This document shows, in pieces, positions 32,115 through 41,630 of a DNA stretch of 64,000 nucleotides (position 1 is its first letter; the number at the start of each line of letters is the position of its first letter). The translations under genes and the position numbers were made by a program. This stretch comes from Candidatus Latescibacterota bacterium. GTDB taxonomy: Bacteria > Latescibacterota > CBDEFO01. Location of the stretch: NCBI GenBank assembly GCA_965248755.1, contig OZ252149.1:1312001-1376000 (forward strand), written 5' to 3'. Under the pieces are notes generated by a model. That model was not told the DNA's origin and searched no databases. It saw nothing but the letters and a program-made list of their open reading frames with translations.

Positions 32115-32813
32115 ATGTCCAGCGGCACAATAGACGACTATCTTACCTTTTACAGAGACCTCTTAAGACAGAGCCTGGGGTTCTATAATGAGTATTTTCC
32201 CCAGCTGATGACCATTTCGGTCCTGATCTATCTACCCTGTTTTATCATAGTCAATCTCTTCCGGACAGAGGGTTCACCTGCAGGACTGTGGCAGGCTCCT
32301 CTTACGGTTTTAAGTTCACTTGTATTTATAGGTTTTGTATGGCGGGTCTATTCAGGAAAAGAAGCGACAATAGCTGATGCCTTCGGGACCTTCTCACTGG
32401 GGCTCTTCTTGAGGCTCCTTTTAACGCGGCTCTTGGAGACCCTTTTCATACTGGCGGGACTGATACTCTTGATAGTGCCCGGGATTATCTTGGGCGTATG
32501 GTTTTTCTTTATAGAGCAGGTCGTGGTTATAGAGGGAGAATCGTATATAAAAGCGCTTCAAAAGAGCAGAGAAATTATAAAAGGCAATTGGTGGAGGGTC
32601 TTCTGGATGGGACTTGTGATGCTGTGCATAATGGTTACAATCTATCTTTTTACGGATCATTTTGTAAAGCTCATCTTCCCTACAGCCCAAAAGTGGGGAG
32701 CAGGTATCTTTATAGCACAGACGTTTCTGACTCCTTTTGAGGCCGTGGTAAGTACCACCTTTTATTTCTCTTTAACGCAATACAATGCAAAATCTGTGCA
32801 ACATGACGGATAA
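32115..32813 (+). CDS. Membrane protein
   Basis: Several hydrophobic helices; LLIVPGI...ALQKS..IIKGNWWRV. Confidence 0.8.
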   Translation: MSSGTIDDYLTFYRDLLRQSLGFYNEYFPQLMTISVLIYLPCFIIVNLFRTEGSPAGLWQAPLTVLSSLVFIGFVWRVYSGKEATIADAFGTFSLGLFLRLLLTRLLETLFILAGLILLIVPGIILGVWFFFIEQVVVIEGESYIKALQKSREIIKGNWWRVFWMGLVMLCIMVTIYLFTDHFVKLIFPTAQKWGAGIFIAQTFLTPFEAVVSTTFYFSLTQYNAKSVQHDG

Positions 32814-32857
32814 AGTTAAAATTGCAAAGCACTGAATTAAGGAGGTAAATTCAAGAT

Positions 32858-33442
32858 ATGGAGGAAGATAGAAATTTAGTGGAGATAATCCGGGAACACG
32901 ACGTAATGTCCAAGTTCCTAAAGACAAGGAGAATATTTCTGTGGGGCCCTATTGACGACGAGATATCCAAGGATGTGGTTGGAAAGCTTTTGTTTTTGGA
33001 ATCTGAAGATTCCGCCAAGGATATTTCTGTGTACATCAACAGCCCAGGAGGGAGCATATCCTCAGGGTTGGCAATATACGACGCGATGCAGAACATAGAG
33101 CCAGATATATCTACAATATGTATGGGCATAGCTATGAGTATGGGAGCGGTGCTGCTGGCAGCCGGAACTTCTGGAAAACGGTACGCTTGGCCTCATTCGA
33201 GGATGATGATACACCAACCCCTCATTATGGGCAGGGTTACCAGTCCCGCCTCGGACATCGAGATCGAAGCCAAGGAGATAATAAAATTAAGAGACGAGAT
33301 AAATCAGATCTTTGTGAAGCATACTGGGCAACCTAAGGATAAGATTGATGCAGATACAGACAGGAACTTCTACGTGTCAGCAGAAGAGGCGGTAGAATAC
33401 GGACTAATTGATGAGATCATAGGGCCAAAAGTCAACGTATAA
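32858..33442 (+). CDS. clpP: Clp protease proteolytic subunit
   Basis: YINSPGG, AMSMGA, MIHQP, DRNFY. Confidence 0.97.
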   Translation: MEEDRNLVEIIREHDVMSKFLKTRRIFLWGPIDDEISKDVVGKLLFLESEDSAKDISVYINSPGGSISSGLAIYDAMQNIEPDISTICMGIAMSMGAVLLAAGTSGKRYAWPHSRMMIHQPLIMGRVTSPASDIEIEAKEIIKLRDEINQIFVKHTGQPKDKIDADTDRNFYVSAEEAVEYGLIDEIIGPKVNV

Positions 33443-33470
33443 CCTTACACTGCATAGGAGTGATCTCTAT

Positions 33471-34151
33471 ATGGAACCTAATCTGCTCAAGCATGTCCCG
33501 CTTTTTCAGGAGCTGAAAGAGGATGAATTGGAGGCATTAGCCAGTGTAGCTCTCTACAAGACCTTCCCAAAGAACACTGTAATCCTGCTAGCTGAGGAGG
33601 AAGGGGATACACTGTTTATTATAGACAAGGGGAGGGTCAAGGTGACGATCTTAAGCGAAGATGGAAGAGAGCTCATACTGGACATACTCAGCAAGGGGGA
33701 TTTCTTCGGTGAGATGTCTCTTTTAGACGGCAGGCCGCGATCAGCCACTGTAGTGGCTATAGAGGATAGTGAACTTTTGATCTTAAGGCGCGGGGATTTC
33801 ATCCGACTGATTGAAAGGATCCCCCGTATTGCAGCCCAGGTGATGGCTATTCTTGCCTCTCGTTTGAGGAAAGCAGATCAAAAGATAGAGGGGTTGGCGC
33901 TCTTAGACGTAACGGGACGAGTTGCCGGAACGCTGCAGCAGTTGGCTCAGGAGCACGGAGTTAGCGTCGAAGATGGCATAATGATACAGAACCGTCCGAC
34001 CCATCAGGTGCTGGCAAATATGTCAGCAACGACGCGGGAGACAGTCTCCAGAGTCCTAAAGAAATTAGAGCATCAGGGTTTTATCTCAACTCAAGGGAAG
34101 AATGTAATCATACTTAGAGACAGGGAAGCAAAGGAAGATATAACTAATTAA
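33471..34151 (+). CDS. Crp/Fnr-family transcriptional regulator
   Basis: FFGEMS..RPRSA cNMP site; TTRETVSR HTH. Confidence 0.95.
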   Translation: MEPNLLKHVPLFQELKEDELEALASVALYKTFPKNTVILLAEEEGDTLFIIDKGRVKVTILSEDGRELILDILSKGDFFGEMSLLDGRPRSATVVAIEDSELLILRRGDFIRLIERIPRIAAQVMAILASRLRKADQKIEGLALLDVTGRVAGTLQQLAQEHGVSVEDGIMIQNRPTHQVLANMSATTRETVSRVLKKLEHQGFISTQGKNVIILRDREAKEDITN

Positions 34152-34164
34152 AGTGACGTGTCTT

Positions 34165-34236
34165 TTGAAAATGGCAGTTGAAAATAGAGTCAAAGTTTTA
34201 GTAGTTATGGGTGACGACCAAGTCAAAAGGTCAATA
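34165..34236 (+). repeat. 72-bp diverged copy of the 5' end of the sigma-54 regulator gene (34988-35059)
   Basis: MAVENRVKVLVVMGDDQVKRSI vs MAVEKRFKVLVVTDDDQVKRSI. Confidence 0.85.
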
Positions 34237-34286
34237 CATGAGGAGATGGTACGAGTTTCTCCTCTTTCATGCTGGAGGTGTAGAAC

Positions 34287-34712
34287 ATGAACATTGCTGA
34301 ATTCGTGAGAACTACAGATTTCGGCCGGGGCTTGAGCGATGAAGAATCTGAAAAGTTAGCAGGAATATCAAGTGACGTGGGATTCACTGCGGGCGAGAAA
34401 ATCTTCGAGCAGGGAGATATAAGTGACGCCCTCTACATTGTAAGATCGGGGGCTGTGGAGATAGACATAATGACAAATGAAGAAATGAGGTTGGTGGTGA
34501 ATATGCACCCAGGAAACGTCTTCGGAGACATGGCGTTCATTGACACCAGACCCCGCAGTGGAGCAGCTAAAGCCGTTATGGACTCTCAGATCCTTGTATT
34601 CAGCAAGGACAAATACGACAAATTCGCCGAGGAGGAACATCAGACTGCACTCAAAGTCATGACAAACATAGCAAGAGTCATGGCGTCACGAATCAGATCG
34701 ATGGACAGATGA
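34287..34712 (+). CDS. Cyclic-nucleotide-binding domain protein
   Basis: LYIVRSG, FGDMAFIDTRPRSG. Confidence 0.92.
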   Translation: MNIAEFVRTTDFGRGLSDEESEKLAGISSDVGFTAGEKIFEQGDISDALYIVRSGAVEIDIMTNEEMRLVVNMHPGNVFGDMAFIDTRPRSGAAKAVMDSQILVFSKDKYDKFAEEEHQTALKVMTNIARVMASRIRSMDR

Positions 34713-34913
34713 ATACTTGTTGATAGGAACTGTTTCACGCTTGGAATAACAAGGATTGACCAAGCTAAGAGCTACATGATGAAGCCCGAAGAAATATTGG
34801 TCTTTGTGGTTCGAATGAACACTACCCTGAGCTGCTGAAGTACAGCCGAAGGTGTATTGAAACCCTGCAAACAGGATGGATCAAATCTACTCGACCGGAG
34901 CTTTGTAAGGAGG

Positions 34914-34969
34914 CTGAATATCCCTGAATATCCCTGAATATCCCTGAATATCCCTGAATATCCCTGAAT
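34914..34969 (+). repeat. Tandem repeat, 10-bp unit CTGAATATCC, five full units plus a partial one
   Basis: Directly visible. Confidence 0.95.
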
Positions 34970-34993
34970 TAATCTGGTACGCCTCTATTGAAT

Positions 34994-36493
34994 ATGGCAG
35001 TTGAAAAGAGATTTAAAGTTTTAGTAGTGACGGATGACGACCAGGTAAAAAGGTCAATATCATCAACACTTGGGAAGGACGGCCACGAGGTCATAGCAGT
35101 AGATAACGCCAATGTGGGGCTCGGACTCGTAAAGCGAGGCAAGGCGGATATGGTTGTGGTCGATTCGTCCCTTCCAAATGAGGAAATGGCGCAATTTTCT
35201 CCTCAAAAGGGCCACAACGATCGCCCTATCTTTGTTCTGGCCCTGATGCAGAACGGCTCTGTGAACGTGGACGCGGACGATTTTTTGGAAAAGCCGATAG
35301 ACGGTGACAAACTCCGGGAGATTGTAGAGAAGACAATCAGCAGAAAAAGATTTCTGGATGAATGTCCCATATTAGGAAAGTCCGAGCGGATAAGTGAGAT
35401 AATTGAAACCATCGTTCAGATAGCCCCCACAAATGTGAACGTATTGATTTCGGGCGAAAGCGGAACGGGCAAAGACCTTGCAGCAATATCAATTCACCAT
35501 TACAGCGGCAGAAAGGGACGATTCCTCCATGTTAACTGCGGGGCTATACCTGAAAATCTGTTAGAAAGCGAACTTTTTGGCCACGAAAAGGGAGCATTTA
35601 CCGGGGCCCTGTCTCAAAGAAAGGGCTACTTCGAAGCCGCAGACCAAGGGACGATATTCCTGGATGAGATCGGAGAGATGTCCTTAATGATGCAGGTCAA
35701 ACTCCTGCACGTTCTGGACGAAAAGGAGTTTATAAAGGTGGGCGGAGACTTGCCTATAAGAGTAGATGCAAGAACGATAACCGCCACGAATAAGAACTTA
35801 AGGGAGAGGGTAGCACAAGGAGAGTTCAGGAGAGACCTTTTCTACAGATTAAGGGTAGTGGAAATAAGGATGCCTCCTTTGAGAGAAAGAGTAGAGGACA
35901 TTCCCCTTTTGGCACATTACTTTATCAAAAACTACGCTGAAGAAAACAAAATAGATTTTAAAGGTATCTCAGATGAAGCTGTAGACGTCTTGACAAATTA
36001 CTCGTGGCCCGGGAATATAAGAGAATTGAAGCACACTATCGAAAGTATGATGGTACTTTCACAGAATCTGTACATAACTGCTGACGACGTATATGGCCAT
36101 TTAAACCGAGACATAGCCTCGGACAGAAATCTACCGATCCCGCTCAACAAGACGCCCGAGCAATCGGAGAGAGAACTGATCTACAGAGCTATTGTAGGCT
36201 TAAAATCCGATATAGATGAGCTCAAAAGATACGTTACATCGGACAAAAGAAGAAGCCTGGAAGATTCGGCTATCTACACTCCACAAGATACATATTTTAG
36301 GGAGGATAGCACGGTAGAAAGGGCTGAGGAAATAGCGGAGGAAGAGAACGTAAAGTCTCTTGGTGAGGTAGAAAAAGACCATATCGTCAGGGCCCTGAGA
36401 TCTGTAGGGGGAAATCGAAGGAAAGCTGCACAAATTTTGGGTATAGGAGAAAGAACGCTGTATAGAAAGATCAAAAGTTTTGGAATTTTGTGA
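34994..36493 (+). CDS. Sigma-54-dependent response regulator (REC-AAA-Fis HTH)
   Basis: GESGTGK, GAFTGA, FLDEIG, WPGNIREL, ERTLYRK. Confidence 0.95.
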   Translation: MAVEKRFKVLVVTDDDQVKRSISSTLGKDGHEVIAVDNANVGLGLVKRGKADMVVVDSSLPNEEMAQFSPQKGHNDRPIFVLALMQNGSVNVDADDFLEKPIDGDKLREIVEKTISRKRFLDECPILGKSERISEIIETIVQIAPTNVNVLISGESGTGKDLAAISIHHYSGRKGRFLHVNCGAIPENLLESELFGHEKGAFTGALSQRKGYFEAADQGTIFLDEIGEMSLMMQVKLLHVLDEKEFIKVGGDLPIRVDARTITATNKNLRERVAQGEFRRDLFYRLRVVEIRMPPLRERVEDIPLLAHYFIKNYAEENKIDFKGISDEAVDVLTNYSWPGNIRELKHTIESMMVLSQNLYITADDVYGHLNRDIASDRNLPIPLNKTPEQSERELIYRAIVGLKSDIDELKRYVTSDKRRSLEDSAIYTPQDTYFREDSTVERAEEIAEEENVKSLGEVEKDHIVRALRSVGGNRRKAAQILGIGERTLYRKIKSFGIL

Positions 36494-36642
36494 TCCGGGC
36501 CATCAAAAAGGCGGCGTGGGCGCTGCGTGCGCTGCTGCCAGCCCTTTTTGCGGAGGGCACGAATTGTCAAAGTGGTCGAAGAACTTTCTTGGGGGAAAAG
36601 GAGTCTTCCGCATCGTGCCGGACCAGATGAAGGTAAGATCTA

Positions 36643-36819
36643 ATGAAGAAAAGGGATTTCTTAGGTATTGTATTTGAGTGCTGCAAGGTCTATGGAAGGG
36701 CCTACATCAACGACTCCGAGACGGCCTATACTGGAAATTGCCCAAAGTGCTACAAGCCTGTTGAGATAAAGATAGTAAAATATGGGGGATCTAAGGATAG
36801 GTTCTTCAAGGTCGGTTAG
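36643..36819 (+). CDS. Small putative zinc-binding protein (58 aa, not in ORF track)
   Basis: MKKRDFLGIVFECCKVYGRAY...YTGNCPKC...DRFFKVG; stop 3 nt before the thiD ATG. Confidence 0.75.
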   Translation: MKKRDFLGIVFECCKVYGRAYINDSETAYTGNCPKCYKPVEIKIVKYGGSKDRFFKVG

Positions 36820-36822
36820 GGG

Positions 36823-38169
36823 ATGTCTATCAAGAAAGTGCTCACCATCGCAGGATCGGATTCTGGCGGAGGCGCAGGTATACAGGCCGATTTAAAGACG
36901 ATAACCGTCTTGGGCGCATTCGGCACGAGCGCAGTGACCGCACTTACCGCTCAAAATACCTCAGGCGTTCAGGGGATATACGAGGTTTCCCCAGATTTTG
37001 TGGCACAGCAGATAGATTCTGTGGTTCTGGACATAGGGACTGACGCGGCAAAGACCGGGATGATGGCTAATCGGGATGTCATTAAGGTCGTATCGCAAAA
37101 GATCAAAGAGCATCAAATCTCGAACGTGGTCGTGGACCCTGTGATGGTGGCAAAGGACAACAGCAGTCTCTTAACCGAGGGAGCAGAAAAAGCACTCTCA
37201 GATGAGCTGATACCCCAATCTTTCCTAGTCACGCCCAACATACCTGAAGCTTGCGTGCTCTCCGGCATCCATATTAAAGATACGAAAGATATGGAGGAAG
37301 CGGCTAAGAGGATATACAACAGGGGATCCAGAAATATCCTGATAAAGGGAGGGCATTTACATGGCCCGGCAGTGGACATCCTGTTCGATGGAGATGGGCT
37401 CTATAGATTTGAGTCAGAAAGAATAGATACTAAGAACACACACGGCACAGGATGCACTTATTCGGCGGCCATAGCGACGTTCCTGGCGCAGGATTTTCCT
37501 CTGAAGGAAGCTATCAACAAGGCCAAAAAGTTTGTAACTTCGGCTATCAGATTTTCACTGGATATAGGAAAAGGACACGGCCCCACCAATCACTACGCCC
37601 CTTTGGGAAGAGAAATGGAAAGGTATAGTGTAGTCCAGGATCTTAAGGCAGCAGCCCAAAGGCTCAAAGAAGGTAACGGAGCGCATCTGATGCCGGAGGT
37701 GCAATCTAATTTAGGATGTGCCCTGCCTTTTGCCGAGGCCCCGGAGGATGTAGCGTCCTTTCCGGGGAGGTTGATCGGACACAAAGATCTGATCTCTTAT
37801 GTTTTTGACCCCCAGTTCGGAATCTCACACCATATCTCAAGGATTATCCTGACGGCGATGAGATACGATCCTTCTGTAAGATCAGCTATGAACATCAGAT
37901 ATTCACCGGAGATAGTAGAGCGCTGTGCGGACCTGGGATTTGAGATCGGGAGCTTCGATCGTAGGAAAGAGCCAGAGGATATCAAAGAGTTAGAGGGTTC
38001 ATCATTGGCCTGGGGTGTGGAAAGGGCTATAGAAAAAAGCGGAAAGGTCCTGGACGCGATTTACGACCAAGGCGGCTGGGGCAAAGAGCCGATGGTCAGG
38101 ATACTGGGGAAAAATCCATCACAAGTGGTGGATAAGGTTCTAAAGATAGCAAAATCGCTCTTGAAATAA
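36823..38169 (+). CDS. thiD: HMP/HMP-P kinase fused to ThiN thiamine-phosphate synthase
   Basis: AGSDSGGGAGIQAD, THGTGCT; C-terminal PEVQSN...GGWGKEPM. Confidence 0.95.
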   Translation: MSIKKVLTIAGSDSGGGAGIQADLKTITVLGAFGTSAVTALTAQNTSGVQGIYEVSPDFVAQQIDSVVLDIGTDAAKTGMMANRDVIKVVSQKIKEHQISNVVVDPVMVAKDNSSLLTEGAEKALSDELIPQSFLVTPNIPEACVLSGIHIKDTKDMEEAAKRIYNRGSRNILIKGGHLHGPAVDILFDGDGLYRFESERIDTKNTHGTGCTYSAAIATFLAQDFPLKEAINKAKKFVTSAIRFSLDIGKGHGPTNHYAPLGREMERYSVVQDLKAAAQRLKEGNGAHLMPEVQSNLGCALPFAEAPEDVASFPGRLIGHKDLISYVFDPQFGISHHISRIILTAMRYDPSVRSAMNIRYSPEIVERCADLGFEIGSFDRRKEPEDIKELEGSSLAWGVERAIEKSGKVLDAIYDQGGWGKEPMVRILGKNPSQVVDKVLKIAKSLLK

Positions 38170-38385
38170 GCGTAAACTGAATAAGTGGATAGTAAGCGGA
38201 GCACCGCCTTCACCCTGATGCGTTATTGCGAGGCGGCGTGGACGCTTTGCGGGGGTGGAAGCCAGCCACGAAGTGGGCGAAGCAATCTGGCAGTCACTAG
38301 ACAGGTGCACCATATTTAGGAGGCAATGGTCAGACAGGAATGTCTGACCTCCCTTTTTATATGCGTTTCGTAGCACAGACATTCT

Positions 38386-38620
38386 TAGCCCGATTAGTTC
38401 ATAAACTTGGTGGAGTCATCGCGAGGAGCAAAGCGACAAAGCAATCTCAAGGTTTTATAGTGGTCTCCGATGAGAGCCGGAGAGTATTACATCTACCACA
38501 GCATCGAGATTGCTTCGCCTTCGGCTCGCAATGACACCGAAGGTGGTTAAACCGCATAACTATAATATAATACAATCCCTTAATTAATACAGGGGCTTTT
38601 TTTGTGAATTATTCCGGTTA
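38386..38620 (+). mobile_element. MITE copy 2 (235 bp)
   Basis: TA-GCCCGATTAGTTCA...TGAATTATTCCGGT-TA. Confidence 0.88.
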
Positions 38621-38706
38621 GCTGTTCTATTTGGGTCTTTACAATCTTGCCCAACCTTTTTTACCCTATACGTAATTTGCTCTCTTTGGCTCTCAAAAAA
38701 CGAACA

Positions 38707-38735
38707 TTGACTTTTACGTAAAAGTTAGTTATAAT
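38707..38735 (+). promoter_or_regulatory. Promoter overlapping a palindromic operator
   Basis: TTGACT-17 nt-TATAAT with perfect palindrome ACTTTTACGTAAAAGT at 38710-38725. Confidence 0.75.
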
Positions 38736-38790
38736 TAAATTAAGTCTACATTGCTGTAAGCGCTTTTCTTTTTCGGCATGGTTTTTATTT

Positions 38791-39256
38791 ATGAAAAATA
38801 GGACATTGATAAAGATAGGTGATCTGCAAAGCAGGCTGTTATCACCACTCGGACATTGCGCTACTACGAAGAGTTGGGCATGATAGATCCGGTAGAGCGC
38901 AGCGAGGGAGGATTCCGGCTCTCTTGGATGGATCAGTTGAAGAAGCTGAAAATCATAAAGAATTTGAAAGCTTTAGACTTTGAGCTGGAGAGTATAAGGG
39001 AAATACTCACCCTGAAAAAGCGGAGTGACATGGGAAGGCGATTTAGCCGTCAAGGTATTGGAAATCTTAGAGCTTCAGATACGTCACATCGACTCCAAAA
39101 TAGAACAGTATGTGAATATAAGACATGATATTATGGATATTTACGAGATCATAAAGGAGTGCCTGCCCTGCAATACAAAAATCGAAAAGAGGGATGTATG
39201 GAGTGTCCTGTGCTCAAGGAAAGGGAAGAGCTAACTGATACTGTTCAGGTTATAGT
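38791..39256 (+). pseudogene. MerR-family regulator, frameshifted
   Basis: IKIGDL / AKQA..TTRTLRYYEELG..RSEGGFR / coiled-coil C-terminus lie in different frames. Confidence 0.8.
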
Positions 39257-39289
39257 TTAGGTGTTTACAACTAATTGACGGAGGTCAGG

Positions 39290-39502
39290 ATGAAAGTAGA
39301 GGTCAAAAGGGATCTTTGCATCGGTGCGGGAACATGCATAGATGTAGCCCCTGAGGTCTTTGATTTTGATGGTGAGGAGATAGCGATTGTTGTTGATGAG
39401 CACGGCGCTGATGATGAAACTTTGTGGGAGGCCGCCGAGTCCTGCCCTGTGGACGCTGTCTTCCTTTACGATGAGGAAACAGGAGAGCAGTTATATCCTT
39501 AG
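39290..39502 (+). CDS. Ferredoxin (3Fe-4S/4Fe-4S type)
   Basis: CIGAGTC...AAESCPVDA. Confidence 0.92.
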   Translation: MKVEVKRDLCIGAGTCIDVAPEVFDFDGEEIAIVVDEHGADDETLWEAAESCPVDAVFLYDEETGEQLYP

Positions 39503-39520
39503 ACGTCACTTTTAGAATGA

Positions 39521-40558
39521 ATGTTTAGAACTTTGGATAAGATAACAGACGAATTTGGTAGGCCACTTAAAAGCCTTCGCGTATCAGTTACAGACAGGTG
39601 CAACCTGCGCTGTCAGTACTGTATGCCTGAGGATGAGTACACGTGGATTAACCACGATGACATCCTCACCTTCCAAGAGATCAGCGAACTTGTAGATGTC
39701 TTCACCGGGCTCGGTGCAGAAAAAGTGCGGCTGACCGGTGGAGAGCCGCTCTTGCGCAAAGGTCTTGAGGACTTGGTCAGGATGCTTGCAAGCAACGCTC
39801 GCATCAAGGATCTGTCTATGACAACGAACGGGTCTTTAATGACAGAATACGCGCAGTCGCTCTACGATGCCGGACTCGAACGCATTACGATTAGCCTGGA
39901 TACTCTTAGACCTGATCGTTTCAAGGCGTTGACCCGAAGCGGTAGCCACGAAAAAGTGCTCGAGGGAATAGAATCGGCCCTGAAGGCAGGCTTCAAAGGA
40001 TCTAAGATCAACACAGTGGTCATTCGCGGGTACAACGACGATGAAATTGCGGATCTAATTACATACGGAAAACAGGTTTCTGCTGAGGTCCGCTTCATCG
40101 AGTACATGGACGTCGGTGGAGCGACCAGGTGGACGATAAACAAAGTCTTCTCCCGAAGGGAAATTCTCGAAACACTGGAAAGACATTACGGACCGATCGA
40201 GCCCTTGGCCCAAAACGGTTCAGCGCCTGCTGATCGGTACATTCTGTTGGACGGAACCGTCTTTGGTATCATCGCTTCAACAACAGCTCCCTTCTGCAGA
40301 TCCTGCGACAGGAGCAGGCTCACGGCAGATGGTATGTGGTATTTGTGTCTATACGCAGGCAACGGAACCAATCTGAAGCAATCTCTGCGCGACGGTGTTT
40401 CAAAAGAAGAGATCGAGTCTATAATTTTACGTAGATGGAACGAGAGAAGCGACCGTGGGGCAGAAGAAAGAAGGGAACTTTCCCACAGGGACATCCTCTA
40501 CCCGGCAGAAGAGCTCAAACAAGACCCTCACCGCGAAATGCATACCAGAGGAGGGTAA
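39521..40558 (+). CDS. moaA: GTP 3',8-cyclase
   Basis: SVTDRCNLRCQYCMP, FCRSCDRSRLTADG, C-terminal GG. Confidence 0.97.
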   Translation: MFRTLDKITDEFGRPLKSLRVSVTDRCNLRCQYCMPEDEYTWINHDDILTFQEISELVDVFTGLGAEKVRLTGGEPLLRKGLEDLVRMLASNARIKDLSMTTNGSLMTEYAQSLYDAGLERITISLDTLRPDRFKALTRSGSHEKVLEGIESALKAGFKGSKINTVVIRGYNDDEIADLITYGKQVSAEVRFIEYMDVGGATRWTINKVFSRREILETLERHYGPIEPLAQNGSAPADRYILLDGTVFGIIASTTAPFCRSCDRSRLTADGMWYLCLYAGNGTNLKQSLRDGVSKEEIESIILRRWNERSDRGAEERRELSHRDILYPAEELKQDPHREMHTRGG

Positions 40559-40578
40559 CGTACAACCAGGGGGAACTT

Positions 40579-41520
40579 ATGGCAAAAGTGTTAGGGGTTT
40601 TGTGCACACGAAGAAGGAGAGGCAACACAGGGACGCTTCTGAAAGAAGCGATTCAGGCGGCATCAGAAGTAGAGAACGCCGAAGTGGAGATGCTCTATCT
40701 GGCCAACTATAAGTTCGGTCCCTGCTTAAGCAGTTTCTGGTGCCTCAAGAATGACGGGAAAGGTTGCTGTCTAAGGGATGACTTCGGACATCAAGGAGAA
40801 GGTGAAATCTTCGTTAAAACGAAGAATGCAAACGGTATTATCTTAGCAGACCCGGTGCAGTTTTGGAGCCCGTCAGCTATGGCTCACACTTACTTCGAAC
40901 GGCTCTATCCGTTTCACTGGTCGGACGACATCAATGGGGTTCCCTTCGGATCGATCTCGTGTGCTACAAATCAGGGCTTTCAGCTTATGGCAACCCAAGA
41001 GATATGCAAGTGGGCTTTCACTATGAAGCTGAAATACATAGGCGGAATTCCCGCTCATACGGCCCAGATGGCTAAGATGGTGGAAAGGTCAAGGGACCTG
41101 GGACGAAAAGTAGCCGAAGCTGCTGTCTTAGATGAAAAAGAGGGCAGAAAGAAATTCACCGAACAGGGAGTATATGAGCACTACAAGGACAAGCCCTGGA
41201 AGGTTTACGAGTATTATTTCGAGAACCTGACGGACGGAAAGTTCGAGTGGAAGGGTTCTATAATTGAGGAGTCTTTACGGAAGGGGACGTTCCCAAGACC
41301 AGAGGCGAAAAAACTATTAGAAAAGGCGGGGGAAGAGTTTAAGGAGGCTCTAAAATATTATAAGGAAGGGGACCGGAAAAAAGCGGTTCAATATCTACTG
41401 GAGGCCGGAGACTTTTGGACTCACGGCACGTGGACGCAGTTTGTCATTGATGCTCTGAAGGTGGACCAACCCGAAACCTACAGACCTCTGGAAGATGCGG
41501 GAGAAGTAAGAGACGTATAG
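40579..41520 (+). CDS. Flavodoxin-family (iron-sulfur flavoprotein-like) protein with C-terminal extension
   Basis: RRRGNT, PCLSSFWC...C..RDD, ADPVQF. Confidence 0.8.
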   Translation: MAKVLGVLCTRRRRGNTGTLLKEAIQAASEVENAEVEMLYLANYKFGPCLSSFWCLKNDGKGCCLRDDFGHQGEGEIFVKTKNANGIILADPVQFWSPSAMAHTYFERLYPFHWSDDINGVPFGSISCATNQGFQLMATQEICKWAFTMKLKYIGGIPAHTAQMAKMVERSRDLGRKVAEAAVLDEKEGRKKFTEQGVYEHYKDKPWKVYEYYFENLTDGKFEWKGSIIEESLRKGTFPRPEAKKLLEKAGEEFKEALKYYKEGDRKKAVQYLLEAGDFWTHGTWTQFVIDALKVDQPETYRPLEDAGEVRDV

Positions 41521-41630
41521 AGATCTTTGCAGGACGATGTCTGATGCCGGATACAGATCTCTATCCGGCGTATTCTTATCAAAAGTTAAGATGTAGCACG
41601 GTTATGTTGTGCACCCGGAGATAGCTATCA

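Noticed and set aside
34914..34969. CRISPR array
   Set aside because: Contiguous 10-bp units with no spacers; no cas genes seen.
36494..36822. TPP riboswitch upstream of thiD (also checked before thiT)
   Set aside because: CTGAGA and related conserved motifs not found; thiT overlaps the upstream gene.
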